DNA of 64,000 nt, taken from the NCBI RefSeq assembly GCF_009914755.1, contig NC_060927.1; one strand, written 5' to 3'. This document shows positions 14,585 through 33,021 of this stretch, one piece after another (the stretch's first letter is position 1; each line of letters starts with the position of its first letter). Under the pieces are notes generated by a model, which was given only the letters and a program-made list of their open reading frames with translations, ran no database searches and was not told where the DNA came from. A program made the position numbers and the translations under genes. The DNA comes from the human T2T-CHM13v2.0 reference genome, Homo sapiens.

Positions 14585-14697
14585 ACACTAAGAAAGGTGA
14601 TATAAATGCTGAATCCCTTTAAGTACATCTTGGCTTGATGATGATATTTGATGATCCACTGATTTGTCTTCCAAAACACTGTAACATTTGGTTCTTT
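14585..14697 (-). pseudogene. Pseudo-exon, 113 nt, phase 0>2, frame open
   Basis: gatttcag| ... GT|gtgagt; KEPNVTVFWKTNQWIIKYHHQAKMYLKGFSIYITFLS(V). Confidence 0.55.
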
Positions 14698-15535
14698 CTG
14701 AAATCATCAATATTATTGTTGTCGAAAGACTTCAGAAAGCCAGATTGTCTCCCAAATTGTTTAATACTTCTTTGCTTTTTGGTACGTTTTCTTATTTAGT
14801 TATTAAATAAGTTCTTAGTCTTTAAAGCTGATTTTTAATTTTTTTGTCTTTTAGGGACTACTATATTCACAAAAGAATACCAGTAATACACGCACAGCAC
14901 AATGAAAAAAACCAATATGAAGTAGTTGTTTGATTAGTTTCAGCAATATAAATGGCCACTGCAAGTAGTTTAGGAGCCAAAGAGCATTCCTGCAATCTAG
15001 AATTAGTAGTTTCATTTTTTTTTCAATTGAATTGAAATTGGTCAAGGTAACTAGATAATGCTAAATCCCCAGTCTACTTTGTGCCGTGTAGTTATTCTAA
15101 TCGTATTGAAGAACGTTGTCCATTTGTCAGCATTTTACAAAGTGTGTTAATGACTTCTATTCCTGCTACCTTATTTTTCTGCCCATTAGAATAAACAGTG
15201 ACTTTATGTCACATAAAAGTAGCCTTATAGCCTTTTTAAACGTTTATTTTTGACAGGAGTTGATGGTATGGTATTTATGAGAGCTGAGACCAGAATTAAA
15301 AAGTTGTAACACATTGTTTTAGTGAACAAAAGAACAAATATTCTGCCACACGATTTATACCATAATTCTAGAATTTACTTTATCCTTTTATAAATTCAAC
15401 AGCTAAAAAGGTCTACTGACTAATTTTTCTTAATTAAATTATTTTCTTGAAACAGAATATAAGTTCCTGCTACTACTACTACTAATCTCATCTTTATTGG
15501 AATCAGTTTGGTCATATTGAGCCATGATTACTTTT

Positions 15536-15700
15536 TCATTTTTTTTTTTTTATTGAGACAGAGTCGCACTCTGTCACCCAGGCTGGAGGGCAGTGGTGCC
15601 ATCTCGGCTCACTGCAGCCTTAACCTCCTGGACTCGATCTATCCTCCCGCCTCAGCCTTTGAAATTGCTGGTATTACTGGCATGAGCCACCACACCTGGT
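15536..15700 (-). mobile_element. Alu monomer (FRAM-like)
   Basis: Single Alu arm with poly-T. Confidence 0.85.
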
Positions 15701-15771
15701 CAAGATTTCTTATTAATTTAACATTTTCAACTATTTCTGCATAGTTGATATGTGTCCTATTGCTTTCTGAT

Positions 15772-20261
<4,490 letters not shown>

Positions 20262-21341
20262 GCTTTCTGATCTTTTGATTTTGAGGTTTCATTGAATATT
20301 AGCACAGATTTTCTTATTTTTTTTTCTGTCTCAATATACATTTAGGAAATTACTTCCTAATAAGTAAGAAGTACATCTAGATAGTTGTTGGATGAAATAT
20401 ATTAACATTAGCTATTGCTTAAGAAAACAACTGGATAATGTTTTCCTACCTTTTTAATCATCTCATCCTGCTAGTGTACTGTGTTTGCTCATGTTTATGA
20501 ACCTACCACACATAATATAATTGGCTCTGAACTTCCTGAATTGCAAATCCTGTATTCAATAATTTCATGCATGCAGCCTATTTCTCAATTTATTTCTGGG
20601 AACTCTAATCTTTTGCTTCACAGATACTTTGAACTGGCATCTCATGTCTTAGTCTGAGTTCCTAACCTTTTTATATTTTTTTATTATTTGTATTATTTAT
20701 ATATTGATTTCTTATTTCTCTCCCATTGAAATGTAAGATTTATGAGGGCAGAAAACTTTTCCATCTTGTCCACCAGTGTTTCTCAGGCACTTAGAGAACT
20801 GTGTGGCCTAAGAGGGATTGATTGTGTACTCTTACATTATTCTTTTTCATTTATTATTTCATTTGTTTCTTATAACCTTATAAGGCATAAGTGCTATTCT
20901 GTAGGTGAGGAGACGAAGACATACAGAGGTTAAATAATGTACCCAAAGCTATATTGCTCTAGTAGTTGGTTATTTAGTGATTTTTTTTTTTGGCTCTGTA
21001 AATTTGAGGCCATTTTTCTTCAGAACATTCCCTTTTCCCCAGCATCTTTATGGTACCTGGCTATGCACTTGCTTTTGCTCATAAGCCTAGGTTTTGTCTG
21101 GTCAGTCAGTGAACATAAATAAGGAATCTGCTAACCAATCAACAAGGAGGAAGGGAGAAATCAGTGAAAATCGTCACTAATGTTGAAGATAATAAACATT
21201 TTGGACAATGACTGATGTTTTATGAAGAGCTTTTCATAGGAATTCTTATTTAGTTATTCTCATGTTACATGATGGGGAAACTAATCTCAGAGTTGCAAAT
21301 GTTAAGTGCCAAAGGCAACACAGCCAAAAGTCTATAGCTGG

Positions 21342-21703
21342 TGCATTAGTCCGTTTTCACGCTGCTGATAAAGACATACCCGAGACTGGGTAATTTATAA
21401 AGAAAAAGCGGTTTAATGGACTCACAGTTCCACGTGTCTGGAGAGGCCTCATAATCATGGCAGAAGGCAAAAGGCACATCTTACATGGCTGCAGGCAAGA
21501 GAGAATGAGCGCCAAGCAAAAAGGGAATCCCTTATAAAACCATCAGATCTCATGAGATGTATTCACAACCACGAGAACAGTATGGGGCAAACCACCCGTA
21601 TGATTCAGTTTTCTCCCACCAAGTCCCTCCCACAACATGTGGGAATTATGGGAGCTACAATTCAAGATGAGATTTGGGCGGGGGACGCAGCCAAATGATA
21701 TCA
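21342..21703 (-). mobile_element. THE1 (B/C-like) MaLR solo LTR
   Basis: tgcattagtccgttttcacgctgctgataaagacatacccgagactggg...ccaaatgatatca; 5-bp TSD gctgg/gctcg. Confidence 0.9.
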
Positions 21704-22079
21704 GCTCGTGAGTGAGCATCAGACCTGGGGTTCACATCCTCGTATCTTTGCATTCTTTCCCATCCATTGTATTGTGGGAAGAGCAGATAGTTCTCCCCAT
21801 TCCCACTCTTCTTTGTTGTGTGTGTGTCCACTGTTGATGAGAATGTCACTCTTTGTTATTTTCAAGTTTTTTTAGTCACTGAGCTTTCCCATGATTTTCA
21901 TAGGTCATTGGAATTTTGTATTGTTTTATGAAATATACACTGAAATAAGATCCTTGGCTACAATTACAGTTTTGTATAATTTAGAGAGCACGTAGGCACC
22001 ATTTTCTTGCCCAAGAATGGGGATAGCAATTCTTTTACTTTCTACCACATAATGTAGCTGTAGGATGAAATCCTGTAGC

Positions 22080-22292
22080 TGAAGTTTCTCAACTCCAGCC
22101 CATTGATATTTTGGGCCAGGTGATTGTTTGTTGCAGGAGGGTGTCCTGCGCATTATAGGAAGTTCAGCAGCTACCATGGCCTCTACCCTGTAGCACCACC
22201 CGAGTTGTGATAATCAAAAATGTTTTCAGGCATTATCATTTTTTTTTTGGCTTCCAGGGGATGTAAAATTGCCCATGGTTGAGAACCTCCGG
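22080..22292. mobile_element. MER20-like hAT MITE
   Basis: tttctcaac...gttgagaacc termini; gtgtcctgcgcattataggaagttcagcagc. Confidence 0.8.
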
Positions 22293-22586
22293 ATTAAATT
22301 AAGATAATAAATGTGAAAATGTACATTTTAAGACAATTTTCCAATTCAAGGTGTTATTAGGATGAGATTTAAGAACAATAGAAAAAATCATTGTGGCAGA
22401 TGAGGTAAGCAGCAGAAGGGAAAACAGGGTATAGACATTAAGGACTAGAGTTGGCTGTCTCCTATTATAGTCTTGTGAAAGCTCACTCATACAGATTCCT
22501 GCTATAAATTTCTTGCTTTTGTATTTTTCCAAGCAAATATTTAATACAATGTTGCCTGCTAATAGAACTTCCCATTACAGATTTAA

Positions 22587-22924
22587 GTTTTCTTTTCTTT
22601 TCTTTTCTTTTTATTTTATTTATTTATTTTTTTTTTGAGACAAGAGTCTCGCTCTCTGTCATCCAGGCTGGAGTGCAGTGGTGTGATCTCGGCTCACTGT
22701 AACCTCTGCCTCCCAGTTCCCAGTGATTCTCCTGCATCAGCCTCCTGAGTAGCTGGGATTACAGGTGCCCACCGCCACGCTTGGCTAAATTTTTGCATTT
22801 TTTAAGTAGAGACGAGGTTTCACCATGTTGGCCAGGCTGGTCTCAAAGTCCTTGCCTCAAGTGATCTGCCTGCCTCGGCCTCCCAAAGTGCTGTGATTAC
22901 AGGTGTGAGACACTGCAGCCGGCC
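22587..22924 (-). mobile_element. AluS
   Basis: Alu dimer, (TTTTC)n/(TTTA)n tail, TSD taagttttc. Confidence 0.93.
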
Positions 22925-23469
22925 TAAGTTTTCATTTCTTTATGAAATACTGTGTAGCATATTCACTACCATATGATGAATAATTAAAACTAAATTGCAA
23001 TTGTCAAAATAAATGAACACATCACATTTGGAGGTAGAAAAATTCCTAATTTTTTTTTCCCACGTAGTTTATTGCATACTATTCTTATTTGTGGTATTTG
23101 GTGTTATGTAGTTACTCAAAGTTGTTACAGCATTTATACTATATTTGTTTTGTTGAATTGAAATCATAGAACCTGCCAATTAAATTTAAAACAATGTCAT
23201 ACACGTTGGTTTCTCTATTACTTACAGAGTAAAATTCTCAAAGCCCCATGAGGCATCCTTGTCTTAATGGCATGGATATGTTACTGCATGTGCTCTTATT
23301 GTCCAGCCAGCTGGTATTCATATATAAGATTTTATTAAATAACATCTTACACATTATTTATGTGATAGGCTTTGGTGATGGGGCTTTGAGAAAGCTGTCC
23401 AGAAGAGAGATGTGAGCATTCTCTATGTTAATAACTTTCTACTATTTTATTTTAATGTAACTTGCTACA

Positions 23470-24295
23470 TTTGCCATCTGGGATAGAAGCTTCTGCATCA
23501 ACCATTAACTATCAACACCAACTATTCCAGGCTGCAGAATTTCAGTTTGAAACGGTTCTAAAATTCTATGGAATAGTGAAGGCCCGCTTGCTTCATTGTG
23601 CTTTCCTTTAAGTGGAGTATTGCCCAGATGTGGAAGTTAGATGTGGAATTTTCAGACAGAACTGTTTACCTTGAGAATGGCTGGGCACCTTCCATTTGTA
23701 CTACTTTTTATTATTGTCAGAACTGATCAAATAAATCTGCCCGAGTATCTGTGTGTGGGATGCATGTTGAAAGCGATTTTATTGTTGCCCAATAAGTCCC
23801 CAAATGCTGTCGTCTTTTGCTTTCCCTCTCCCATCTTAAGTGCCTTTTTGCAACTTGCCTCACAAATCACATTGTCTCTACTTATTACCCAGGCTTTTCT
23901 CCAGCTGGTAAAATGGATTTTTTTTTCCTCAGCCAGATTCAGAGTTTGCCCTGTTCTTATTCCCTGTATGTTTCCCTTCACTTTTAATGTGAAAATTGCA
24001 AATATATTTCTAAACCCTTCTGCACAACACTTTCCATTTATGGAAAACTCACACTATATAAAGTAACGAGAGGAGATATCTAAAATGTGTCTTCCATTTT
24101 CTGCTCTGTATCTCCAACTGGACCAATTTTTCCAGATAATTTCTCCTTTCTTTCCAACTTTATCTGCATCGTAGAATTCAGAGAACTGAAAGCATTTCTT
24201 CCTTTCTTTATTTTTTTTCATATTCTTTCTCTACTGCAGACTTCGCTAACTGATGAAACACTGCCAGAGCCCACTTGGACTGTTTCGCAACTTTA
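23470..24295 (-). pseudogene. Candidate large decayed pseudo-exon, 3' boundary uncertain
   Basis: ttttattcccttaag| acceptor, phase 2: KVAKQSKWALAVFHQLAKSAVEKEYEKK*; purine-rich coding-like composition on the minus strand (includes ORF 23727-23981). Confidence 0.35.
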
Positions 24296-24619
24296 CTTAA
24301 GGGAATAAAAGCTCTCATGCTGAGGTAAGGCAAACAGTCCATGTAGGTTCTCACTAAAAAGAAGAGTGGATTTTATAAGCTCGGGCCTGTCTTATAATCT
24401 CTCTGTGTCTTGTTCTTGTATGTACCTTGATAATTTACTATCTGTCCTTTTTCTGCCCAGTGGATTTTTGAGGTTCACAAATGTGAGATACACAAAGATG
24501 TGATATACACTTGCTGTTCCGTGTTTTTTTTTTTTTTGCAAATATGCATTTTCCCTCCAGAACTGTTACTGGTAACTATCCTGAGACTCAAGATGACTTT
24601 AAATAACACTTTTTTAAAT

Positions 24620-25040
24620 ACTATACTTAGTTAGGGTTAGACTTGGCTGCAAGAAACAGAAAATTCATAAGATCAGGAGCTTAAATGAGATACAACTATA
24701 TTTTTCTCTTTGAATTAAAACTTGAGATAGGCATTCCAAAGCTACTGTAGTGTTCCATGATGTCAGGGATCCAGGATTTGTCAGACATAGCTTTTGTCCT
24801 CATGATTGCAGATGGAGCATAAGGACAATGTGTTATAGTCACATTCCAAGCAGAATGTGAAAAGGTACAATTATTTCCTTGTAAGGAAAGTTCCCAGTAG
24901 TTGTGGTACAACTGTGCTGGTTAATTCTATGGATCGGTGCTTAGTCAGAGGGCCATGTGTGGCTGCAAAAAAGGCTGGAAGATACGATACAGTCCTTTTT
25001 CTTGTGGCCATGTGTCCAGCTAAAATTTATGTCCTCTAAG
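24620..25040. mobile_element. Old MLT1-type MaLR LTR
   Basis: tagttagggttagacttggctgcaagaaacagaaa start and typical MLT1 body; degenerate. Confidence 0.5.
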
Positions 25041-25374
25041 AAGAGAAAAATTAGCAGTATTTTGCTCTCAAACATTAATTTTAATATATCCTATATTTTA
25101 AAACACTGTTGCTGGGTAGATTGTGAACTACATGTGGGCAAGGACTGTGTATAATAAAAAATATTATGTTGTCAGCTCTTAACGGTGTCAGCAAAATAAT
25201 GAATAAATATTCATTGAAAATGTACATGGAGAGATGGTATTTTTATCATGTGAAATATGACTCAAAATGAGACTGATTTTTTACATTTTAAAACAAATGC
25301 ACCCAACCATTGTTTATTCATTCAGTAATCACTGAGCGTATATACCGATTCATTAAAGTATCATTTTTCTTTCT

Positions 25375-28182
25375 TTAATTAAAAATCTTAAATTGATATA
25401 TAATAGTTTTACATATTCTTGGAGTGCATATGATATTTTGATATCTGTATTTAATGTAGTAATGATCAAATTAGAGTAACTGGGATATCTATTACCTCAA
25501 ACATTTATTTTTTCTTTGTGTTGGGAATACTGCAAATCTTCTCTTCTAGCGATTTTCAAATAGACAATAAATTATTGTTAATTATAATTTCCCTATTGTA
25601 GAGTCAAATATTAGAACTTATTTCTTCTATCTGACTATATTTTTGTGCCCTTTAACCAACTTCTCTTCATCTGCCTCTCCCTTCCTTTCCAAGCCTCTGG
25701 TAACCATCATCCTACTCTCTATCTCCCTGAAATCTACTTTTTTAGTTTTTGTATATAAGTGAAAATATGTGTTGTCTTTTTGTGCCTGGCTTATTTTACT
25801 TAACATAATGACCTCCAGTTGAGCAAATGACAGAATTTCATTCTGTTTTATGGCCAAATAATATTCCATTGTGTGTAGCTATACCACATTTTATCTATCC
25901 ATTCATTTCTTGATGGACACAAAGAGTAATTCCATATCTTGGCTATTATGAATAGTGCTGCAGTAAGCACGGCAGTGCAGATATCTCTTCCATATACTGA
26001 TTTTCTTTCTTTTGGATATACACCTAGCAGTGACATTGCTGGATCATATGGTAATTCTATTTGTAGTTTTTTGAGGAAACTCCTTACTTTTTTCCATACT
26101 GGCTGTGCTACTTTTACATTTTCACAAACAGTGTATAAGCTTTCCCCTTTCTCTGCATTCTTGCCAGCATGTGTTATTTTTTGTCTTTTTGATAATAGCT
26201 GTTCTAAGTGGGGTGAGGTTATTTCTCACTGTGTTTTTTACTTGTACTTTTCTTGATGGTTAGTGATATTGAAAATTTTGTAATATACCCATTGGCCATT
26301 TGTTTGTCTTCTTTTAAAAAATGTCTATTTGGGTCCTTTGCCTATTTTTTAATGACATTATTGGTTTTTGCTATTGAGTTGTTTGGGTTTCTCATGTATT
26401 CTGGTGATTAATCTCTTTTCATATGGAAAGTTTGCAAATATTTTCTCCCATTTTGTAAGTTATCTCTTCACTTTGTTAATTGTTTGCAGTGCAGAAGCTT
26501 AAAAAGCTTAATGTAGCTTCATGCAATCCAATTTGTCTATTGTTATTTTTTTTGTTTTTGTTGCCTGTGCTTTTGAGGCCTTACCCCAAAAATCTTTTTT
26601 GAGACCAATGTTCTGTATCATTTCCTCTGGTAGTTTCATAGTTTCAGGTCTTACATTTAAGTGTTTAATCCATTTTGAGTTAATTTTTTATATGGTGAAA
26701 GATGAGAATCTAGTTTCATTCTCCTGTATATAGTTTTCCCAACACTATTTTTTAAATTTATTTTTCATTTCAATAGGTTTTGGGGGAACAGGTGGTATTT
26801 TGTTACATGAATAAGTTCTTTAGTGTTGATTTCTGAGATTTTGGTGCCCCCATCACCCAGGCAGTGTACAATATGTCCAATGTGTAATCTTTCATCCCTC
26901 ACGCCACTCGTACTCTTTCCCCTGAGTCCCCAAAGTCCATTGTATCATTCTTATGCCTTTGCGCCCCCATAGCTTAGCTCTCACTTATGAGTGAGAACAT
27001 ACCATGTTTGGTTTTCCATTTCTGAGTTACTTCACATAGAATAATAGTCTCCATTTCCATCCAGATTGCTGTGAATGCAATTATTTCGTTCCTTTTTATG
27101 GTTAAGTAGTATCCCATGGTGTATGTAACATATTTTCTTTATCCACTTATTGATTGATAAGCATTTGGGCTGGTTCCATATTTTTGCAATTGGACATTGT
27201 ATCAGCACCATTTTTAAATGAGACTACATGCTTTTGGAGCCTTTTCTAAAAATGAGTTGGCTGTAAGTACATGGATTTATTTCTCAGTTCTCTGTTTTGT
27301 TCCATTGGTCCATTTATCTGTTTTTATGCCAGTATCATGTGGTTTGTGTTACTATGACTTTGTAATATAATTTGAAATCACATAGTATGATGCCTCTGCC
27401 TCCAGCTTTATTCTTTTTGCTCAGAATTGCTTTAATTATTCAAGGTCTTTTGCGATTCTATAGAAATTTTAGGATTGTATTTTTCATTTTTGTAAAGGAT
27501 GTCATTGGTATTTTGATGAGGATTGCAATCAGTCTATAGATTGCTTTGGATAGTATAAATATTTTAGCAATATTAATTCTTCTAATTCATGAACATGGGA
27601 TATTTCTTCATTTTTAATGTTCTTTTCCATTTCCTTCATCAGTGTTTTATATATATATATTTTTTTTTGTGGAGATCTTCCATGTCTTTGGTTAAATGGA
27701 TTCCTAGAATTTTTTTTGTAGCTATTGTAAATAGGATTGCTTTCTTGATTTCTTTTTCAGGTTGATCTCTGCTAGTGTACTGAAACACTACTGATTTTTG
27801 TATGTTGATTTTGTATTCTGCAACTTTATTGAATTTGTGTATCAGATTTAAGAGTTTTTCGTGGAGTCTTTAGATTTCCTAAAATAAAAAATCGTATCAT
27901 CTGAAAACAAGAATAATTTCACTTGCTTTTCAATTTGTATGCCTTTTCTTTCTTTTTCTTTCCTAATAGCTCTGACTAGGATTGCCAGTACTATGGTGAA
28001 TGGAAGTGGTGAATATGGGCATCTTTGTCTTGTTCTAGATCTTACTGGGAAGGCTTTCAATTTTACCCCATTCAGTATGATGTTAGCTGTGAGTTTGTCA
28101 TATATGACCTTAATCACGTTGAGGAATGTTCCTTCTATACCCATTTTGTTGACAGTTTTCATCATGAGGGCTGTTGAATTTT
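25375..28182 (-). mobile_element. Old L1 (L1MA-like) 3' portion, with a nested L1PA/PB 3' fragment at ~26750-27198
   Basis: ORF2 remnants (MEYYLAIKQNEILSF; [30 protein letters not shown]) and L1 3'UTR. Confidence 0.85.
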
Positions 28183-28536
28183 ATTTCATGCACAAGTGTT
28201 GTTTTTCTTATAGTGACTTCTTTAACCATTTATCAAGTCATGTTTTGGATTTCTCCTTAAAAATGAGTCTCAGACTTAAGGTTCAAAACACCTATGGAAA
28301 TAATTCTCTTTACGACTAATTTTTCTCTTTAAGCCTACTTTTCTTCATTTCTCAGAGAAGTTATCTTGCTCTGATAACTTTTTAACTCTTCCTAAAAATC
28401 AAATCTCCCCCCAACAAGATGGAGATTTGGTCCTGCTGGGGGATTTTTAAGTAAGGGCTGTTAGCTGTGATTGAGGTGCCTGTATATATGAGACAAGGAG
28501 CCTTAAGGGACTAGGATCAAATTAATTAAAAGTCAC

Positions 28537-28783
28537 ATTTATTGAGCCCTGCCATTGAAGAATTTATAATGTCTTCTATGCAAACCAATTCATTGGTAAG
28601 GAACAGCATTGCTATTCTCAGCATTTTGGAAATACCACAATGTTGGAGTCGTCTCAGAAGGATCTCTGAAGAGTTCTGGGAAGGTGACAGTCAACAGCAG
28701 AATAGCAGCTGCCACCACAGTCAAGCAGTTGGTTTGCTTGGCTTGGAAGTTTTAGACATCAAAGGAGTATGGCTTCTTCAATA
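28537..28783 (-). pseudogene. Candidate pseudo-exon, 247 nt
   Basis: ttttgtcactggttttag| ... |gtgact; best frame LKKPYSFDV*NFQAKQTNCLTVVAAAILLLTVTFPELFRDPSETTPTLWYFQNAENSNAVPYQ*IGLHRRHYKFFNGRAQ; its start phase does not directly match the 29055 donor. Confidence 0.45.
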
Positions 28784-29054
28784 CTAAAACCAGTGACAAA
28801 ATTGCAAAAGTTATTTTTATTCCTCTTCAAATATGAGCAAACATTACTGTGATTCAGCTTATTTTTATATAATGTTACAGGGAATCAAATTAAGAATTAA
28901 ATGCATTTTTTGGCATAGTTATGTCTTGTAAAGAAAGAAAGATGGTGCCAGGGGAATTTTCCTTTCAAATATGTAAAGAACTTCTAATGAGTGAACCTTT
29001 CCTGTGTCGGAAAGATAGCATTCACCTCCTTTCCTGGCTTCTGTGCCAACTTAC

Positions 29055-29394
29055 GATTGTGGTGTGTAGAAATTTAGTGTCAGCCACTGAAAGAACTATT
29101 TCCTAAGATGATACTGCTTTTTACTCAAGGAATAAGTAGGTTCCCTTTGAATTGACCTGTGTGTGTTTGGAAAACAAGCTTAAATATCTCCTCTTCTCAT
29201 AGGAAGAACACTATTTCAAAGAGCCATTTTCTTTCCTAACAAAGAAATTCATACTGCAGAAAAATCAGCAATTTCACAGCTGGTTTTTGAAATCCTGAAA
29301 TGATGTATACAAATCAAAGCAGGAGAGATTCATTTGGAATGAAAGGAATATTTGAATTGCATCCCAGTTTCGAATAGGATATTGTTTCACGGTT
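29055..29394 (-). pseudogene. Pseudo-exon, ~340 nt, phase 2 start
   Basis: tactgtag| ... ATC|gtaagt; TVKQYPIRNWDAIQIFLSFQMNLSCFDLYTSFQDFKNQL*... EIVLSVADTKFLHTTI; start phase matches the upstream exon. Confidence 0.5.
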
Positions 29395-30655
29395 CTACAG
29401 TATTATAAACATGTCATGTCTGTTATACATGACAATCATATCTCATCTGTGACTCATGAACTTTATAAGAAAGTGACAATTTGAAAGCATAGAATTGCAG
29501 GATTGGATGGAACGATATCTTCTAAGTTATTTCCACTTCTTTTCCCATTTTTGGTTGACCATGCTAATTCCCCTCTAAAACATTCTTCTGTAGCTACTTG
29601 AAAACACCCATTGCTTCTTAAAGTAACCTATTGTCAAAGAATATTGGATTTTCTTATGTACATTGAAAAAATGACACTTTATTGGTTTTGATTCTACCAC
29701 CAAGAGTCACAGGGAACTTTCTATCTTTTCATCATATATATAACAGGCTTTTCATCTTATATGTAACAGTCCTTAAATATTTTCATATTGTAATAATTTC
29801 CTATGGAACCTGTTGACTTTTACGCTAGAGTTATAGTGATGGAGGTAATGAGAAGTGATCATATTCTGGATATATGGCAGCAGTAGACAGAAGGTGTGGT
29901 TCATAGGAATTGATCATGGAATGGATGTGGGCTGTGAGAAAGAGCAGTCAATGTTTTTGACCTGAAGATGTTTTACTAACATATGTTAAGCATTTACTAT
30001 CTGCTCAATATACTTTGCTAGGCATTGTAGCACAATTAAATGTGCATTTGCATAGCTGTTCGATGATACAGGTAGGACTATTCTCTAAGACTAAGAGAAC
30101 ATTAGTCAGGCCTCTTATGGTGAGGGAGGGGTTCCCTTTCTTTCCATTCTCATGCTTTGACTTGAGAGAGCAAGCCTATATGTTATTATGGATCAGAATT
30201 GAGATTTCATGCTCAGTTTTAAGTCTAAAAATATGCTTTTCAATATCTAGTATTTACATGCGTGTGACTTCTCAGGAATTATAACGAGAGCCTGAAAAAT
30301 TACCAGGGGCAACATTTTCAGTCCGGAGATGTTATACCCCAGTTACTGCCACTAAATTTTAAGCTCCTTGGGAGCAGGAATTTGATTCTTTTATTATATT
30401 AATAGTATCTGTTACATAATATTAACTCAGTAAATGCAGGGTATGCTATTGTAAAACTATAGTCTCAGTCTCTGTAAGTGGATTTTTTAGGATAGACTAG
30501 GTCCTAGTTAATGTGATATATCTCTATTTCTGTCTATCTATCTGTCTACCTACCTACCTATGTATCATCTATTTATCTGTCAATCAAGAGAAGAAAATAA
30601 AGAAGCACTCTTGGAGAATCAAAATTTTTTATAACATGGTATGCAACTCCCTTAC

Positions 30656-30954
30656 GTTCTTTATCAGCCACCTGCATGCAAACAGCATTATGTCTGAAGT
30701 TAAAACATGTAAGATATATGAGAGTGGAATCCTTGGTGCATTTCACTCTTGAACTCTTGTCTATGGAGTAAGTAGCCTGGGGGTAGTTTCTCCTCCTTTT
30801 TTTATATGTGGGGAGAAGGAATTAGGTGGCTGATTATCTTGTGCTAAATAGGTTTCTCTGCCGATCCACAAGGTGGCAGGGAGTCCTTAGTGCCACTATG
30901 ACAGATTAACCAAATAGGCATCTGTCGAAATGTCTGATGCATTAGTTGCACTGC
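30656..30954 (-). pseudogene. Pseudo-exon, 299 nt, phase 0>2
   Basis: catctcttttacag| ... AAC|gtaagg; AVQLMHQTFRQMPIWLICHSGTKDSLPPCGSAEKPI*HKIISHLIPSPHI*KKEEKLPPGYLLHRQEFKSEMHQGFHSHISYMF*... Confidence 0.6.
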
Positions 30955-31199
30955 CTGTAAAAGAGATGGGCCTCCTTGAGAAATAAATCCACACTGAATT
31001 TCAAATGTGGTTGTGTCCCCAAAATTAGCAACGTTTTCAAAGGTGTACCCTTCAAAGGAGAGCAGAAATAAACTGTACCTTAAAAGAACTAGTGCTCAGA
31101 GGCCTTTGTTTAATCAATGGTTAGTTTGGTGGTGATTGCACAAATTCACTACATTAAATTTAATCAGGGATGTTTCTGGTATGTGGGTGGCATGCTTAC

Positions 31200-31322
31200 T
31201 GATTAATTCATTTATATTCTTGAAATAACATATGTTCTCCTGGATGAATTTCCACAGTTTGGTAATTCCACAGCATGCATTTCAGCATCTCTAAATGGCT
31301 GTTTTGTTCACTGTCCCAGAGC
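31200..31322 (-). pseudogene. Pseudo-exon, 123 nt (3n), reading frame ambiguous
   Basis: catgtcttag| ... TCA|gtaagc; frame 0 ALGQ*TKQPFRDAEMHAVELPNCG..., alternative frame LWDSEQNSHLEMLKCMLWNYQTVEIHPGEHMLFQEYK. Confidence 0.5.
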
Positions 31323-31463
31323 CTAAGACATGCTGGGTGCTGGGTACTGATTAGTTTACCAGACTAAGAATGACAGACAGGAAATGGCACCATTTTAATC
31401 TCTCAGAAGAACATCAGAGGAATCATTTCGGTGGCTGTAAATACTTCAGGATTTTGATGTCAC

Positions 31464-31559
31464 CTTTTCAAGTTGCTTTAAGAAATCACTTAGGAATGGT
31501 TTGGGAGACCATGATACAATGAGGTCCCGCAAAGAATTACACCTTTCTTTGTCAGGGTT
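31464..31559 (-). pseudogene. Pseudo-exon, 96 nt, phase 0>0, frame open
   Basis: aatcaatttcag| ... AAG|gtgaca; NPDKERCNSLRDLIVSWSPKPFLSDFLKQLEK. Confidence 0.7.
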
Positions 31560-31796
31560 CTGAAATTGATTAAGTATAACTATGTCCGTGATGTAATCGA
31601 TTACATTAAAACTATCATTTTGGAGAAAAGAGACCTGATGGATTACAGAGTCTCTACCCTTATTTATAAAAAACGATGAAATGAAACTCAGTAGTTCATT
31701 GACTTTTGTAGATGGAAAGATAGTTTGTAGTAGAGCTTTGCATTCAGGACTAGTAGTTGCCACCACCCCCCGCCCATCCCCTATTATAGCCAGTTT

Positions 31797-32122
<326 letters not shown>

Positions 32123-32256
32123 TATTTATTTATTTACTTTAACTTTTATTTTAGGTTCAACGACACATATACAGGTTTGTTATATAGGTAAATTAGTGTC
32201 ATGGGGGTTTGGTGTACAGATTATTTTGTCACCCAGGTACTAAGCCTAGTACCTGA
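32123..32256 (-). mobile_element. Short 5'-truncated L1PA 3' end hosting the AluYb8 in its tail
   Basis: L1 3'UTR (aggtttgttatataggtaaa...gtcacccaggtactaagcctagtacc); TSD atagccagttt at ~31786 and ~32256 brackets both elements. Confidence 0.8.
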
Positions 32257-32805
32257 TAGCCAGTTTAAAGTGTGTACATTGGGGAAGGCGGGGAATGAGG
32301 TTGTTCTTAGACAGTTAGAGGCACAGAGGGTATATATATATATGGGATTGCCTTATGTTAATACATCACTTGGCTTTAAGTGTGGGAATGGACAGGAGTA
32401 CTTGTTATGACCTGTGGGGCCCTACTTTCCTTCATTCTCAGAGAGATTTTGCAAATTGCCTAAAATATCTGTTAATATGCTCTGTGGCTACATGCTTACA
32501 GACATGATGACAAGGAGGGGGGAAAATATTGTTCATTGTTGTCATTTTCTAGCTGGAACCATGAGATTTGCTTAAGGAAGACTGAAGGCTAGTGTGACAG
32601 AAAATGGAGCTCAGGAGGACCCAGAATAAATTACATTCCTTTGGAGGGTCCTGAGAGGGGCAGGCCATGGCTTAGTTCCTTCTATTCCACTCATTTCTTA
32701 CAGTTCAGCTGCCTCCCGATGTGCAGTTGTTTAGTATGCAAATCAATAATCATTACCTATGTGAAGTGTTAGTTCACAGGCGTGCAGGCTGTGGTCAGTT
32801 GGTAC

Positions 32806-33021
32806 CTGTTCCCTCCTAAAGAACTATCTCTGAAGTTGAACATCTCTGTTTTTCTTTGTATAAATCTGAATATTAATTAGACCACTGCTTATTAACTTAG
32901 GGACCTCTCTGCTTTTGGTGACAGTAGCAGGCAGAATATAGATGGTAGAAAACGAAATATCATGCTGTTTCTGTAAACGGTTTGGTGTCTCCATATAATA
33001 AAACTCTTTAGAATTAACTGC
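32806..33021 (-). pseudogene. Pseudo-exon, 216 nt, phase 0>0
   Basis: tttgtccctgtttctggag| ... CAG|gtacca; AVNSKEFYYMETPNRLQKQHDISFSTIYILPATVTKSREVPKLISSGLINIQIYTKKNRDVQLQR*FFRREQ. Confidence 0.55.
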
